64,000 nucleotides of DNA from assembly GCA_963785725.1 (NCBI GenBank), contig CAWAWS010000007.1, positions 192,001-256,000 on the forward strand. Reading direction: 5' to 3'. Positions 42,934 through 54,478 of the stretch are shown here, in pieces. The first letter of the stretch is position 1. Every line of letters starts with the position of its first letter. This stretch comes from an uncultured delta proteobacterium (GTDB taxonomy: Bacteria > Myxococcota_A > Polyangia > Palsa-1104). Position numbers and translations under genes: made by a program. The notes below the pieces were generated by a model that was not told where the DNA came from, did not search any database, and worked only from the letters and a program-made list of their open reading frames with translations.

Positions 42934-44317
42934 CTACAAAAGGACGCGTTCGTCGTCTTCTACGAGCAGATCTTCATTGATGACCTCGGCGTCGCGCAGG
43001 CGCTCCTCGGTCAAGGTCTCGAAGAAGGCGCGCAGCTCGGGCAGCGCCGCCATCAGTCGCTCGAAGTATTCGCGCGCCAAGAAGAGCACGGTCGACTGGC
43101 GAGCGGCGCGCACGGTGGCCATCGCCGGCGTGCCGCGCACGAGGGCGATCTCGCCGAAGACGTCGCCGGTGCGCAAGGTCGCCAGCGTCGTCTCGAAGGG
43201 CTCGTCGCCTTGGACGACCTCGACTTCGCCCGACAGCACGACGTAGAGGCCGCGACCGGGATCGCCCTCGCGGATGAGCTCGGTGCCGGGCGCCACATCG
43301 TGGCCGGTGAAGCGGCGCGCCAAGTCCACGCGCTGCGGCGGCGAAAACGGGCGGAACAGCGGCGACGTCGCCAGCAGGTTCTTGAGCAGCCGCTCGCGCG
43401 TGAAGCGGTCGAGCGCCTCGGCCAGCTGCGGCAGCTCCTCGGCTGCGGCCCGTAGCGCGTCGGCGCCGAGCTCGAGCAGATCGGCCTCGCCCACCACCTC
43501 CACCGACGCGGCGCGCGGCTGCGCGGCGACCAACGCCAGCTCGCCGAAGATGGCGCCTTCGCCGAGCCGCGCCAGCTCCGTCTGCTTGCCGAGCGCGTCG
43601 CTGTTGTAGACGCGAACGTGGCCGGCCGCGACGAGGAAGAAGCTCGTGCCCGGCTCGCCTTCGCGGACGACGGCCTCGCCGTGATGCAGAGCGGGTCACG
43701 CGCACCGTCGACAACACGCGGGCGAAGGCGGCCGGCTGCAGCTCCGACAAGAGCGGCACGGGCGGAAACAGCGCCGGGAATTCGTTCAGGCTCGTCGTCG
43801 ACGACGCGACTTCGGCGGCCGATTGCGCGGCGGCCGCAGGATCGGCTTCGTCGGTCATGACCGGCGCCGGCACGTCGGTCGCGGGATCGGGCGGCGCCAA
43901 GCGTCCGCCGCGACCGCCCGGCTCTTCACCCGCGGCACGGCGTTTCCCGTCTACGGCCGGATCCTCGCTGGCGGGCCGGCGACGATTGTCGACGATCTTG
44001 GGCGAGCCGAGGCCGTACAGCTGCGCCAGCGACTCCTGCAGCGCGACGACGTCGGCGCCGAGCGAGTGCAACGCTTGCGCAGCCACGAGCGCGTGTAACG
44101 GTCGGCCGCCTTGTAGATCGTAGAAGGCCACGGCCGCGTAGACGCGCCGCGCCAGATCGTGCTGCCGTGCGGTCACGCACAGGTCGGCCACTTTCATGCG
44201 CGCATCGAGGTCGGACGGCACCGCGCGCAAGATCGCCTCGTACAGCCGGAAGGCGCGGCCGAGGTCGCCCAGCACCAGGTAACGCAACGCTTGAGTCTTG
44301 AGCTCGACGAGCTGCAT
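42934..44317 (-). CDS. Tandem cyclic-nucleotide-binding domain protein, interrupted by a +1 frameshift near 43690
   Basis: VVREGEPGTSFF..FGELALV..PRAASV and IREGDPG..FGEIALV; N-terminal TPR-like part lies in another frame. Confidence 0.85.
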
Positions 44318-44378
44318 GCGCTGCAGGATATTCGAATTCGCGTCCGTCTGGAAAAGTCGGATATACTGCGGACGCCGA

Positions 44379-45632
44379 ATGTCCGCGAAGAAGACGTGCG
44401 TCTCCTGCGGCAAGCAGATCCCGAGCGTCGCGCTCGTGTGCGTCTTCTGCTCGGCCGCGCAGCCGGAAGCCTCCGCCAGCGACACGGCGACGGCACCGCA
44501 AGCGGCCGCAGCAACCGACGCCGCGCCGACGGTCGAGATCGCCTCGTCGTCTAATTCCGGGCGTCATCACACCGACCCGACGCTGCTCGGGATCCGCGCC
44601 GAAGACGTGCGCGCGATGGCCGCGGCGCAAGCGGCCGAGGCGGCTGCGGCGCCGTCGAGCAACGGCACGCCGGCTGCGGTACGACCGACGGCGGCGATGG
44701 CGGCGGTCGTCCTGCCCGAGCCCGAGGTCGCGGCCGAAGCGCCGGCGCGGGTCGATGCCGGCGCCGGCCAAACGATCACGATCGACGAAGAGACGCCGGC
44801 GACGGCCGTCGACTCCGAGCCCAGCCAGCCGACGATCGATCCGGTGCCGCTGCCGATCACGCGCCGCTCGCCGGTCTACGTCGGTGAGCCGTGGGCCGGG
44901 CTCGGTCGCGTCATCATGGGCATCGGCGGCGCCGTCCTGGTCGCGCTCTTTTTCTGTCCCTGGCATGGCGTGTCCTCGTGGCAGCTCTTGGAGACGCTGG
45001 CGGGCGCCGATTTCGTGCGTCAGCTGTTCTATTTGACCGGCGGCATCGTGCTCTTGGCGACCGCGATCTTGCCGCTGCCGTTCCTGTTCCGCGCCGGCGT
45101 CGGCACCTTCGTGGCCGCGCTGCCGGTGCTGCTCGGCGCCAACGGTGTCCTCGACGGCTGGCGCGGCGTCGTCGCGGCGCTCGCCGTGCTCGGCCTGCCG
45201 GCGACGCATCTGTTGCGTTCGCGGGCGCGCGCTTCGTCGCTGGCGCGCCTGTTGGTCATGGCCGCCGTCGCTGCCGTCGTGCTGCTTTATCTGGCGCCGA
45301 TGTCGTCGGTGGTGCCGATCGTGTTCGTCATCAAGATGATCTGCTCGGGCTCGCTCGGCTACGCGGTGCTGGGCCTGTTCGTGCTCATTCCGCTCTTGTT
45401 CGCGGGCCTGTCGCTGCTCGGCGTCATGGGTCGCGATCTGACGGAGATCGGCGTGCTCTTGTCGGTGCTGATCTTGCTCTGGGCGCCGGTGACGGTGGCC
45501 TTGCGCGGGCTCATGATCGACGACGGCACGCAGCTGTATGTCGCGCTGGCGCTGTTGTGGGCGTCGGCGACGGCGGCTTTGTCGCTGGCGCAGCTCCTGT
45601 CGGTCGCGGCGGCGCGCGCGCAGAGCTCGTGA
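44379..45632 (+). CDS. Zinc-ribbon + low-complexity linker + multi-TM membrane protein
   Basis: CVSC..CVFC at the N-terminus, hydrophobic C-terminal half. Confidence 0.8.
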   Translation: MSAKKTCVSCGKQIPSVALVCVFCSAAQPEASASDTATAPQAAAATDAAPTVEIASSSNSGRHHTDPTLLGIRAEDVRAMAAAQAAEAAAAPSSNGTPAAVRPTAAMAAVVLPEPEVAAEAPARVDAGAGQTITIDEETPATAVDSEPSQPTIDPVPLPITRRSPVYVGEPWAGLGRVIMGIGGAVLVALFFCPWHGVSSWQLLETLAGADFVRQLFYLTGGIVLLATAILPLPFLFRAGVGTFVAALPVLLGANGVLDGWRGVVAALAVLGLPATHLLRSRARASSLARLLVMAAVAAVVLLYLAPMSSVVPIVFVIKMICSGSLGYAVLGLFVLIPLLFAGLSLLGVMGRDLTEIGVLLSVLILLWAPVTVALRGLMIDDGTQLYVALALLWASATAALSLAQLLSVAAARAQSS

Positions 45633-46260
45633 TCGTCGGCCGCTCCGTCGAGGGGCGCGCCATCGAGGCGGTCGACCTCGGCTCCGGCGACGTGGGCGCG
45701 CTCGTCTTCGGCGCCATCCACGGCGACGAGCCGGGCGCGGCCGAGCTGTGCCACCGCTTCGTCAATCGGTTGCGGCGCGGGTCGCCGCCGGCGCGGACGA
45801 TCGTCGTGCCCGTCGCCAACCCCGACGGGCTCGTGCGCGCGACCAAGAACAACGCCCACGACGTCGATCTCAACCGCAATTTCCCGGCGCAGAACTGGGT
45901 GCGCGAGCATAAGCCGGGCTACGATCCGGGCGCGCAGCCGCTGTCGGAGCCGGAGTCGCAGGCGCTGGCCGCGCTCATCGAACGCCTACAGCCGCGCGTG
46001 CTCGTGGCCGTGCATCAGCCGCTGCACTGCGTGAACTGGGACGGTCCGGGGCAGGCGCTGGCCGAGGAGATGGCGCGCTTGTCGGGCTATCCCGCCGTCG
46101 CCAGCGTCGGCTATCCGACGCCGGGCTCGTTCGGGTCGCGCTACGGCGTCGACGAGCAGCGCGTCGTCATCACGCTCGAGCTGCCGCGCCCGGTGCTCGA
46201 CGCCGATTGGGAGACGTGCCAGGCCGCGCTCCTCTACGCGGCCGCTTATCGCGCCGGACC

Positions 46261-46264
<4 letters not shown>
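45629..46264 (+). CDS. mpaA: M14 family peptidase (murein peptide amidase A-like)
   Basis: GRSVEGR, IHGDE, NPDG, DLNRNFP, SEPE, YPTPGSFG, ITLELP. Confidence 0.85.
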
Positions 46265-47646
<1,382 letters not shown>

Positions 47647-47742
47647 TGACGCGCTGCAGAACGACAAGTTACAAAGATCTTACGCTCCGCACACGCACTC
47701 GACTCCGCGCCTGCCGTAATTAGATGGTGCCGGAGGTGGATT

Positions 47743-47871
47743 ATGCGATTTTGGGCGGACTACACATTGGGGCTGGCGATCGTCTTGTTTCATCTCGTCG
47801 CGATCTCGCTGCGCGGCGAAGAGCTGCAGCTGTCCGAGCACAGCGACGTGCTCGACCCCTCCGAAGCTTAA
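47743..47871 (+). CDS. Small single-TM protein (42 aa)
   Basis: GGAGG RBS; MRFWADYTLGLAIVLFHLVAISLRGEELQLSEHSDVLDPSEA. Confidence 0.5.
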   Translation: MRFWADYTLGLAIVLFHLVAISLRGEELQLSEHSDVLDPSEA

Positions 47872-48695
47872 AACCCTAGGAATGGACGGCCGCGGCCGAC
47901 GGCGCGGGCTTCGGCGATGCGCACGCGGACGCGGCTACAGGCGCCGCTGACGGCTTCGCGCATGGGGGTGCCGAACGCCAAGCGGCAGGCGATCTCCGAC
48001 GCCAGCGCACAGCCGGTGCCGTGCGGCGTGACGCCTTCGACGCGCTCGCCGCGGATGATCTCCTGACCTTCTTCGTCGACGAGCACATCGAACATCTCGT
48101 GCGTCGTGTGCGGCAAGTGGCCGCCTTTGGCGAGCACGGCGCGCGGTCCGAACGTGCGCAAACGACGCGCGGACTCGGCCATCGCGTCCGGATCTTCGGC
48201 GACGTGACGCGCGGTCAAGACGGCCAGCTCGTCGAGGTTGGGCGTCACGACCGTCGCCATCGCCAACAGCGGCGCCAGCGCTTGCATGGCGTTGCCTTCG
48301 AGCAGCGGGATGCCGCGCGTCGCCTTCAACACCGGGTCGACGACGATGGGCACGTGGCTCTCGGCCAGGCGGCGCAGGGCCTTGGCGACGGCCGTGGCCA
48401 TCTCGGCGTTGCCGAGCATGCCGATCTTGACGCCGCGAATCTCGAAGTCGTCGACGAGGCGCGCGATCTGGTTCGACACCATCGAGACGTCGGCCGGATG
48501 CATCCACGAGCACATGACCGAGTCCTGCTCGGTGAGCGCGGTCACGATGCCGGCGACGTGAAAGCCATGCTGCATCACGACGTGCGCGTCGGCGAGGATG
48601 CCGGCGCCGCCCGATGGATCGAGCCCGGCGATGACCAAGACCGACGCCTGCTGCACCGGTCCGCGGACGATGCGCCGCGTATCGGACGGCGCCAT
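47868..48695 (-). CDS. thiD: Hydroxymethylpyrimidine/phosphomethylpyrimidine kinase-like
   Basis: IAGLDPSGGAGILAD, VKIGML, VVDPV, TPNLDE, KGGH, HGTGC; start uncertain. Confidence 0.88.
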   Translation of the reverse strand: MAPSDTRRIVRGPVQQASVLVIAGLDPSGGAGILADAHVVMQHGFHVAGIVTALTEQDSVMCSWMHPADVSMVSNQIARLVDDFEIRGVKIGMLGNAEMATAVAKALRRLAESHVPIVVDPVLKATRGIPLLEGNAMQALAPLLAMATVVTPNLDELAVLTARHVAEDPDAMAESARRLRTFGPRAVLAKGGHLPHTTHEMFDVLVDEEGQEIIRGERVEGVTPHGTGCALASEIACRLAFGTPMREAVSGACSRVRVRIAEARAVGRGRPFLGF

Positions 48696-48858
48696 CTCTT
48701 CCCAGGCGCCGGGCGCGTTCGGCTCTCGCATCACCTGTCTTCGCCTGGGCGCATTGGGTCCCGAGTCTAACATCGAGTAACCGCGAGCGGAACGCGTGAT
48801 GGGGGTCATTTCCGCGCCGGGCCGGAAGGCCGCATTCTGTGTTAAAATGCTGGCTTCG

Positions 48859-49487
48859 ATGGGTTCCTCGCGCCGTACGGCGGTCCTATTCGCTCTTCTC
48901 CTCGTCAGCGGCGCGGCGCGTGCGCAGTCCCAGGACGACCTGGCGCGGGCCAAGACCCATTACGAGGCCGGCCACGCGCTCTACAACTTGGGTAATTACA
49001 CGGAAGCGCAGCGCGAGTTCGCGGCCGGCTACCAGCTGGTGCCGCGGCCGGGCTTCTTGCTGAACCTGGGACAGTGCGCGCGCAAGCTGGGGAATTTGCA
49101 GCACGCCAAAGAGATGTATCAGCGCTTCTTGGGCGCGGTGCCGGCCAATGATCCGCAGCGCGTCGAGGCGACTCAGGTGTTGGCCGAGCTCGACAAGCAG
49201 CTGGCCGAGCAGCCGGTCGTGACGCCGACGCCGCCCGAGGTCAAGCCGGCCGTGGCGCATCCGGTCGCGCCCGAAGCGACGACGCCGGCGATCGTCACGC
49301 CGGCGGCGCTGTCGTTGACGGCGTCGCCGCCGCCGCGCAAGTCGTGGATCAAGCGCAACTGGTGGGTCATTCCCGTCGGTGCGGTCGTCGTCGGCGTGGG
49401 CGTCGGGCTCGGCGTTTACTACGGCACCAAGCCGGCCGGCGCGTGCAAGAGCGGTGACTTAGCCTGTTGGAACTTGTCGAATCCGCA

Positions 49488-49491
<4 letters not shown>
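48859..49491 (+). CDS. Exported TPR protein with Pro-rich linker and C-terminal hydrophobic segment
   Basis: AKTHYEAGHALYNL..FLLNLGQCARKLG; PPPRKSWIKRNWW + TM. Confidence 0.85.
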
Positions 49492-51035
<1,544 letters not shown>

Positions 51036-51046
51036 GCGCGCTCGCT

Positions 51047-51829
51047 TCAGCCGCGCGTCAGGTGAATCGAGCCGCCGCCGGTGCGCATGTCGAGCGAGCC
51101 GGCGCTGCCGTCGCCGATGCGGCCGCGAAAGCTCTGGCGATCTTGGTCGGGCTGCAACCCGAAGTCGTTGTTGGCGCTGCCGCCGCCGGTCTCGGCGTCG
51201 ACGTTCAAGCGGCTGTCGCCGGGAATGCAGACGTGGATGCTGCCGCCGCCGGTCTCGACTTTGTTGCGGCCGGAGAGCGTGCCGTCCACCTTGATGCCGC
51301 CGCCGCCGGTCTCGATGTCGATGCTGCCGGCGATGTGACGCGCCTCCACGCTGCCGCCGCCGGTGCGCAACCGCAAGTCGCCGCGCGAATCGGCGATGAG
51401 GATGGAGCCGCCGCCGGTCTCGACGTGGATGCCGCCGGAAAAGCCGGTGGCGTCGACCTGGCCGCCGCCGGTGCGCACGTCAATCTTGGCGTCGGCGGGC
51501 GCAGTGATGCGGAAGTCGACGCTGCGGCCGTTGTTGCCCCAGTCGTGCGCCTGTTTGTAGTGGATGACGACTTTGTTGCCGTCGAGGCGGGCGCCGGCGT
51601 CGAGCTTGCGCGCCTCGTCGTCGCTGTTGGCTTTGCGCTCGGCCTCGACGCGCACGACGCCGGCCGGGCCGGTCACGAGGGTGACGCCGCCGCCGTCGCT
51701 GGCGACGTTGATGACGCTGTGCGCGCCGACCTTGAACTCGTCCTTGGTGACGACCGTCGAGTGCGCGGCGGCGACGGCGCTGAGGCCGAGGCTCATGGTG
51801 ACGATCGAGAAAAGCGGAATCTGGCGCAT
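51047..51829 (-). CDS. DUF4097-type beta-strand repeat protein
   Basis: Repeated TGGGS[IV] units, signal peptide, AAGGAG RBS. Confidence 0.88.
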   Translation of the reverse strand: MRQIPLFSIVTMSLGLSAVAAAHSTVVTKDEFKVGAHSVINVASDGGGVTLVTGPAGVVRVEAERKANSDDEARKLDAGARLDGNKVVIHYKQAHDWGNNGRSVDFRITAPADAKIDVRTGGGQVDATGFSGGIHVETGGGSILIADSRGDLRLRTGGGSVEARHIAGSIDIETGGGGIKVDGTLSGRNKVETGGGSIHVCIPGDSRLNVDAETGGGSANNDFGLQPDQDRQSFRGRIGDGSAGSLDMRTGGGSIHLTRG

Positions 51830-51845
51830 GCGCGGCTCCTTTAGA

Positions 51846-52874
51846 ATGGCTGCCTCCGGTCGTGACCGGGCGCGGGCGCTGGTTTCAGCGTTTTTGCTGC
51901 TGGCGGTGCCGACCGTCGCCGCCGCGGACCCGGTGACGCTGCGCATGTCGACGATCGCGCCCGTCGGCAGCGGCTGGGCGCGCGAGCTGGCCGCCTTCGC
52001 GCGCGACGTCGAGGCCTCCACCGACGGCAGCGTCCGCGTCAAAGTCTACTACGGCGGGATCGCCGGCGACGAGTTCGAGGTCCTCGAACGCATCAAGCGC
52101 GATCAGCTCGACGGCGCCATCGGCTCGGAGATGTGCGTGCGCGTCGCGCCGTCGATGCGGGTGACGCGTATCGTCGGCATGTTCGCCAGCCGCGAGGAGT
52201 CGGCCTACGTCGTGACGCGGTTGAAGCCGCTGCTCGACCAGGAGTTCCTGCGCGCCGGCTTCATCAACCTGGGCGAAGCGACGCTCGGCCCCGAAGTGCT
52301 GTTCACACGCACGCCGGTGCACGACATGGCGGAGCTGCGGCGGCTCAAGCTGTGGATCTGGGACCTCGACGGCGCGCTGGCGACGCAATCGGAGGCGCTC
52401 GGGCTGCACGTGCAAGCCGCGCCCATCGAAAAGGCGGCGCGCCTCTACGACGAGCGCGCCGTCGACGGGTTCATCGCGATTCCGACGGGCGCGCTGGCGT
52501 TTCAGTGGTCGGCGCAAGTTCGCTATCTGGAGACGCTGCGCCTGAGCTATCGCAACGGCTGCCTCATCTATTCGAGCCGCGCCTTCGACGCGCTCGGCAT
52601 CGAGCAGCAGCGCATCGTGCGCTCGGCGGCGGCCAAGCTGCGGGCGCGCATCGACGACTTGAGCGCGCGCCAAGACGACGCGCTGCTCGGCGGCCTGTTG
52701 GCGCGCCAAGGCCTGTCGGCAGTGCCGGTGAGCGAGCAGTTTCGCTTCGAGTTCTTCGACGCCGCGCGCGACACGCGACAGCGGCTGGGCGCGAAGGTCG
52801 TGTCCGCGCAGCTGCTCGATCAAGTGCTCAGCTGGCTGGCCGACTATCGCGCCGAGCATCAACGGCCGCAATGA
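51846..52874 (+). CDS. TRAP transporter substrate-binding protein (DctP family)
   Basis: LRMSTIAPVGSGW, VKVYYGGIAGDE..QLDG. Confidence 0.85.
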   Translation: MAASGRDRARALVSAFLLLAVPTVAAADPVTLRMSTIAPVGSGWARELAAFARDVEASTDGSVRVKVYYGGIAGDEFEVLERIKRDQLDGAIGSEMCVRVAPSMRVTRIVGMFASREESAYVVTRLKPLLDQEFLRAGFINLGEATLGPEVLFTRTPVHDMAELRRLKLWIWDLDGALATQSEALGLHVQAAPIEKAARLYDERAVDGFIAIPTGALAFQWSAQVRYLETLRLSYRNGCLIYSSRAFDALGIEQQRIVRSAAAKLRARIDDLSARQDDALLGGLLARQGLSAVPVSEQFRFEFFDAARDTRQRLGAKVVSAQLLDQVLSWLADYRAEHQRPQ

Positions 52875-52892
52875 CGCGGCTATAATGGTCGC

Positions 52893-53219
52893 ATGCGTAA
52901 CCTAATCTTCGGTCTCTTCGTGCTCGCCGGCTGTGGTCAGAGCGTGGCCGACAAATGCAGCTCGGTGAACGACCAGGTCGCCCAGATCATCGCGTTGGCG
53001 CAGACCTGCACGACCGCCTCCGATTGCGTGACGGTCACCGGCACCTGCGCCGAGGCGGATCAGTGCGGCGTCACCGTCAACATGGCCAACGCCGCCAAGC
53101 TCAGGCCGCTCGACGCCGATTGGACCGTCGACGGCTGCAGTCAGGGCACCGGCTGCACGCAGTGTCCCGAGCCGGTCACGCCGGTGGCCTGCACCAACGG
53201 CGTCTGCACCGGCGGCTAA
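52893..53219 (+). CDS. Small Cys-rich lipoprotein
   Basis: Lipobox LAGC; TATAAT 6 nt before the ATG. Confidence 0.8.
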   Translation: MRNLIFGLFVLAGCGQSVADKCSSVNDQVAQIIALAQTCTTASDCVTVTGTCAEADQCGVTVNMANAAKLRPLDADWTVDGCSQGTGCTQCPEPVTPVACTNGVCTGG

Positions 53220-53228
53220 ACGACGCGC

Positions 53229-54140
53229 ATGCGCGTGCATTACCAGCTGCTGGAGACGCTGCTCGAGCTCGAACGCGCGCCGTCGTTCGCCGCCGCGGCC
53301 GCGACGCTGCGCGTGAGCACGTCGGCGGTGAGCCAGCGGCTGCAGCAGCTCGAGCATCAGCTCGGGTTCGCGCTCTTCGAGCGCTTCGGGCGGCGCAATC
53401 GCATGACGCAAGCGGGCCGCGAGCTGTGCGCGACGGTGCGCGAGAGCTTCCAGCAGATCGACGAGAGCGTCGCCAAGATGCGCGGCGACGACGTCGAAGC
53501 GCGCGGCAAAGTGCGCATCGGCGGCCCCATCATCTTCTCGCGCATGTGGCTGCGACCGCGCTTGGCCATCCTGAAGAAGCGCTATCCGCTCATCATCCCC
53601 GACGTCACGTATCACTTGGCGTGGCGGCTGACCGAGCAGCTGGTCAGCGGCGAGGTCGACCTCTGCATCATCGCCGGGCCGGTCGAGAACGAGGCGCTCG
53701 AGTCGCGGCTCATCTACACCGAGGAGTTCGTGTGCGTCGCCTCGCCCGGCTACCTCGCCGCGCACGGCACGCCGCGCACGCTCGAGGACTTCGCCAGCCG
53801 CCCCTTCATCATCTACGACGTCGACTCGTGGATGCTGCGGCCTTGGTGGCGCGCAAAATTTGGCCAACGCGCACAGCTACCCACCAAGCACGCCGGCCGC
53901 ATCAGCAACCTCGATGAGATGTTGGCGCTCACCGAAGCCGGCGTCGCGCTGTGTGTGCTGCCCAGCTTCTTCGTCGACGACGCGCTGGCGCGGCGGTCGG
54001 TCGTGCTCGTCGAGCCGGCGCGTCCGGGCGATAAGCCGGTGCGCCGCGCGCTCTTTCCCATTCACCTCGCGTGGCGCCGCTCCATGACGGAGACGGCTCG
54101 TTTGCGCAGCGTTCGCGAGTTTCTCCTCGCCGAGCTGTAG
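53229..54140 (+). CDS. LysR family transcriptional regulator
   Basis: SFAAAAATLRVSTSAVSQRLQQLEHQLGFALFER HTH. Confidence 0.95.
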   Translation: MRVHYQLLETLLELERAPSFAAAAATLRVSTSAVSQRLQQLEHQLGFALFERFGRRNRMTQAGRELCATVRESFQQIDESVAKMRGDDVEARGKVRIGGPIIFSRMWLRPRLAILKKRYPLIIPDVTYHLAWRLTEQLVSGEVDLCIIAGPVENEALESRLIYTEEFVCVASPGYLAAHGTPRTLEDFASRPFIIYDVDSWMLRPWWRAKFGQRAQLPTKHAGRISNLDEMLALTEAGVALCVLPSFFVDDALARRSVVLVEPARPGDKPVRRALFPIHLAWRRSMTETARLRSVREFLLAEL

Positions 54141-54195
54141 CTTGGTATCGATGGTCGCTCGCTCCGGCTCGGTCGCAGGTTTGGCTACCGCTTTC

Positions 54196-54210
54196 TTAAG
54201 CCACGCTTAA
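54196..54210. promoter_or_regulatory. Palindromic T-N11-A operator (possible LysR box)
   Basis: TTAAG-CCACG-CTTAA upstream of the efflux operon. Confidence 0.55.
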
Positions 54211-54268
54211 CAGTATCGTCAGATCTTCGCGGCTGACTGCTGAATCGCAGTTCTCTATGTTGGGGTGC

Positions 54269-54475
54269 ATGAAGCCCGCGGCCATGGCCCGTTCGTCACA
54301 CGAGCTCTTGGAAGAGCTGGCGCAGCTCGCACAGGCGGCCGAGGACGAATTCGGTGAATTGAAGCTGTGCACCGAAGAGCTGGGCCAGCGCATCCGACAC
54401 TTGCGGGCCATGGTGGCAGTCGTGCAAAAGCGCGTCGATCGCGTCGACGGTGTCGACATCATCAAAGGGGAGTAA
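54269..54475 (+). CDS. Small coiled-coil hypothetical protein
   Basis: Helical ORF ending 3 nt before the RND start; start uncertain (54257/54269/54284). Confidence 0.55.
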   Translation: MKPAAMARSSHELLEELAQLAQAAEDEFGELKLCTEELGQRIRHLRAMVAVVQKRVDRVDGVDIIKGE

Positions 54476-54478
54476 GCC

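Noticed and set aside
51100..51720. Recurring ccgccgccggtctcga nucleotide motif
   Set aside because: Encodes the TGGG repeats of the DUF4097 protein
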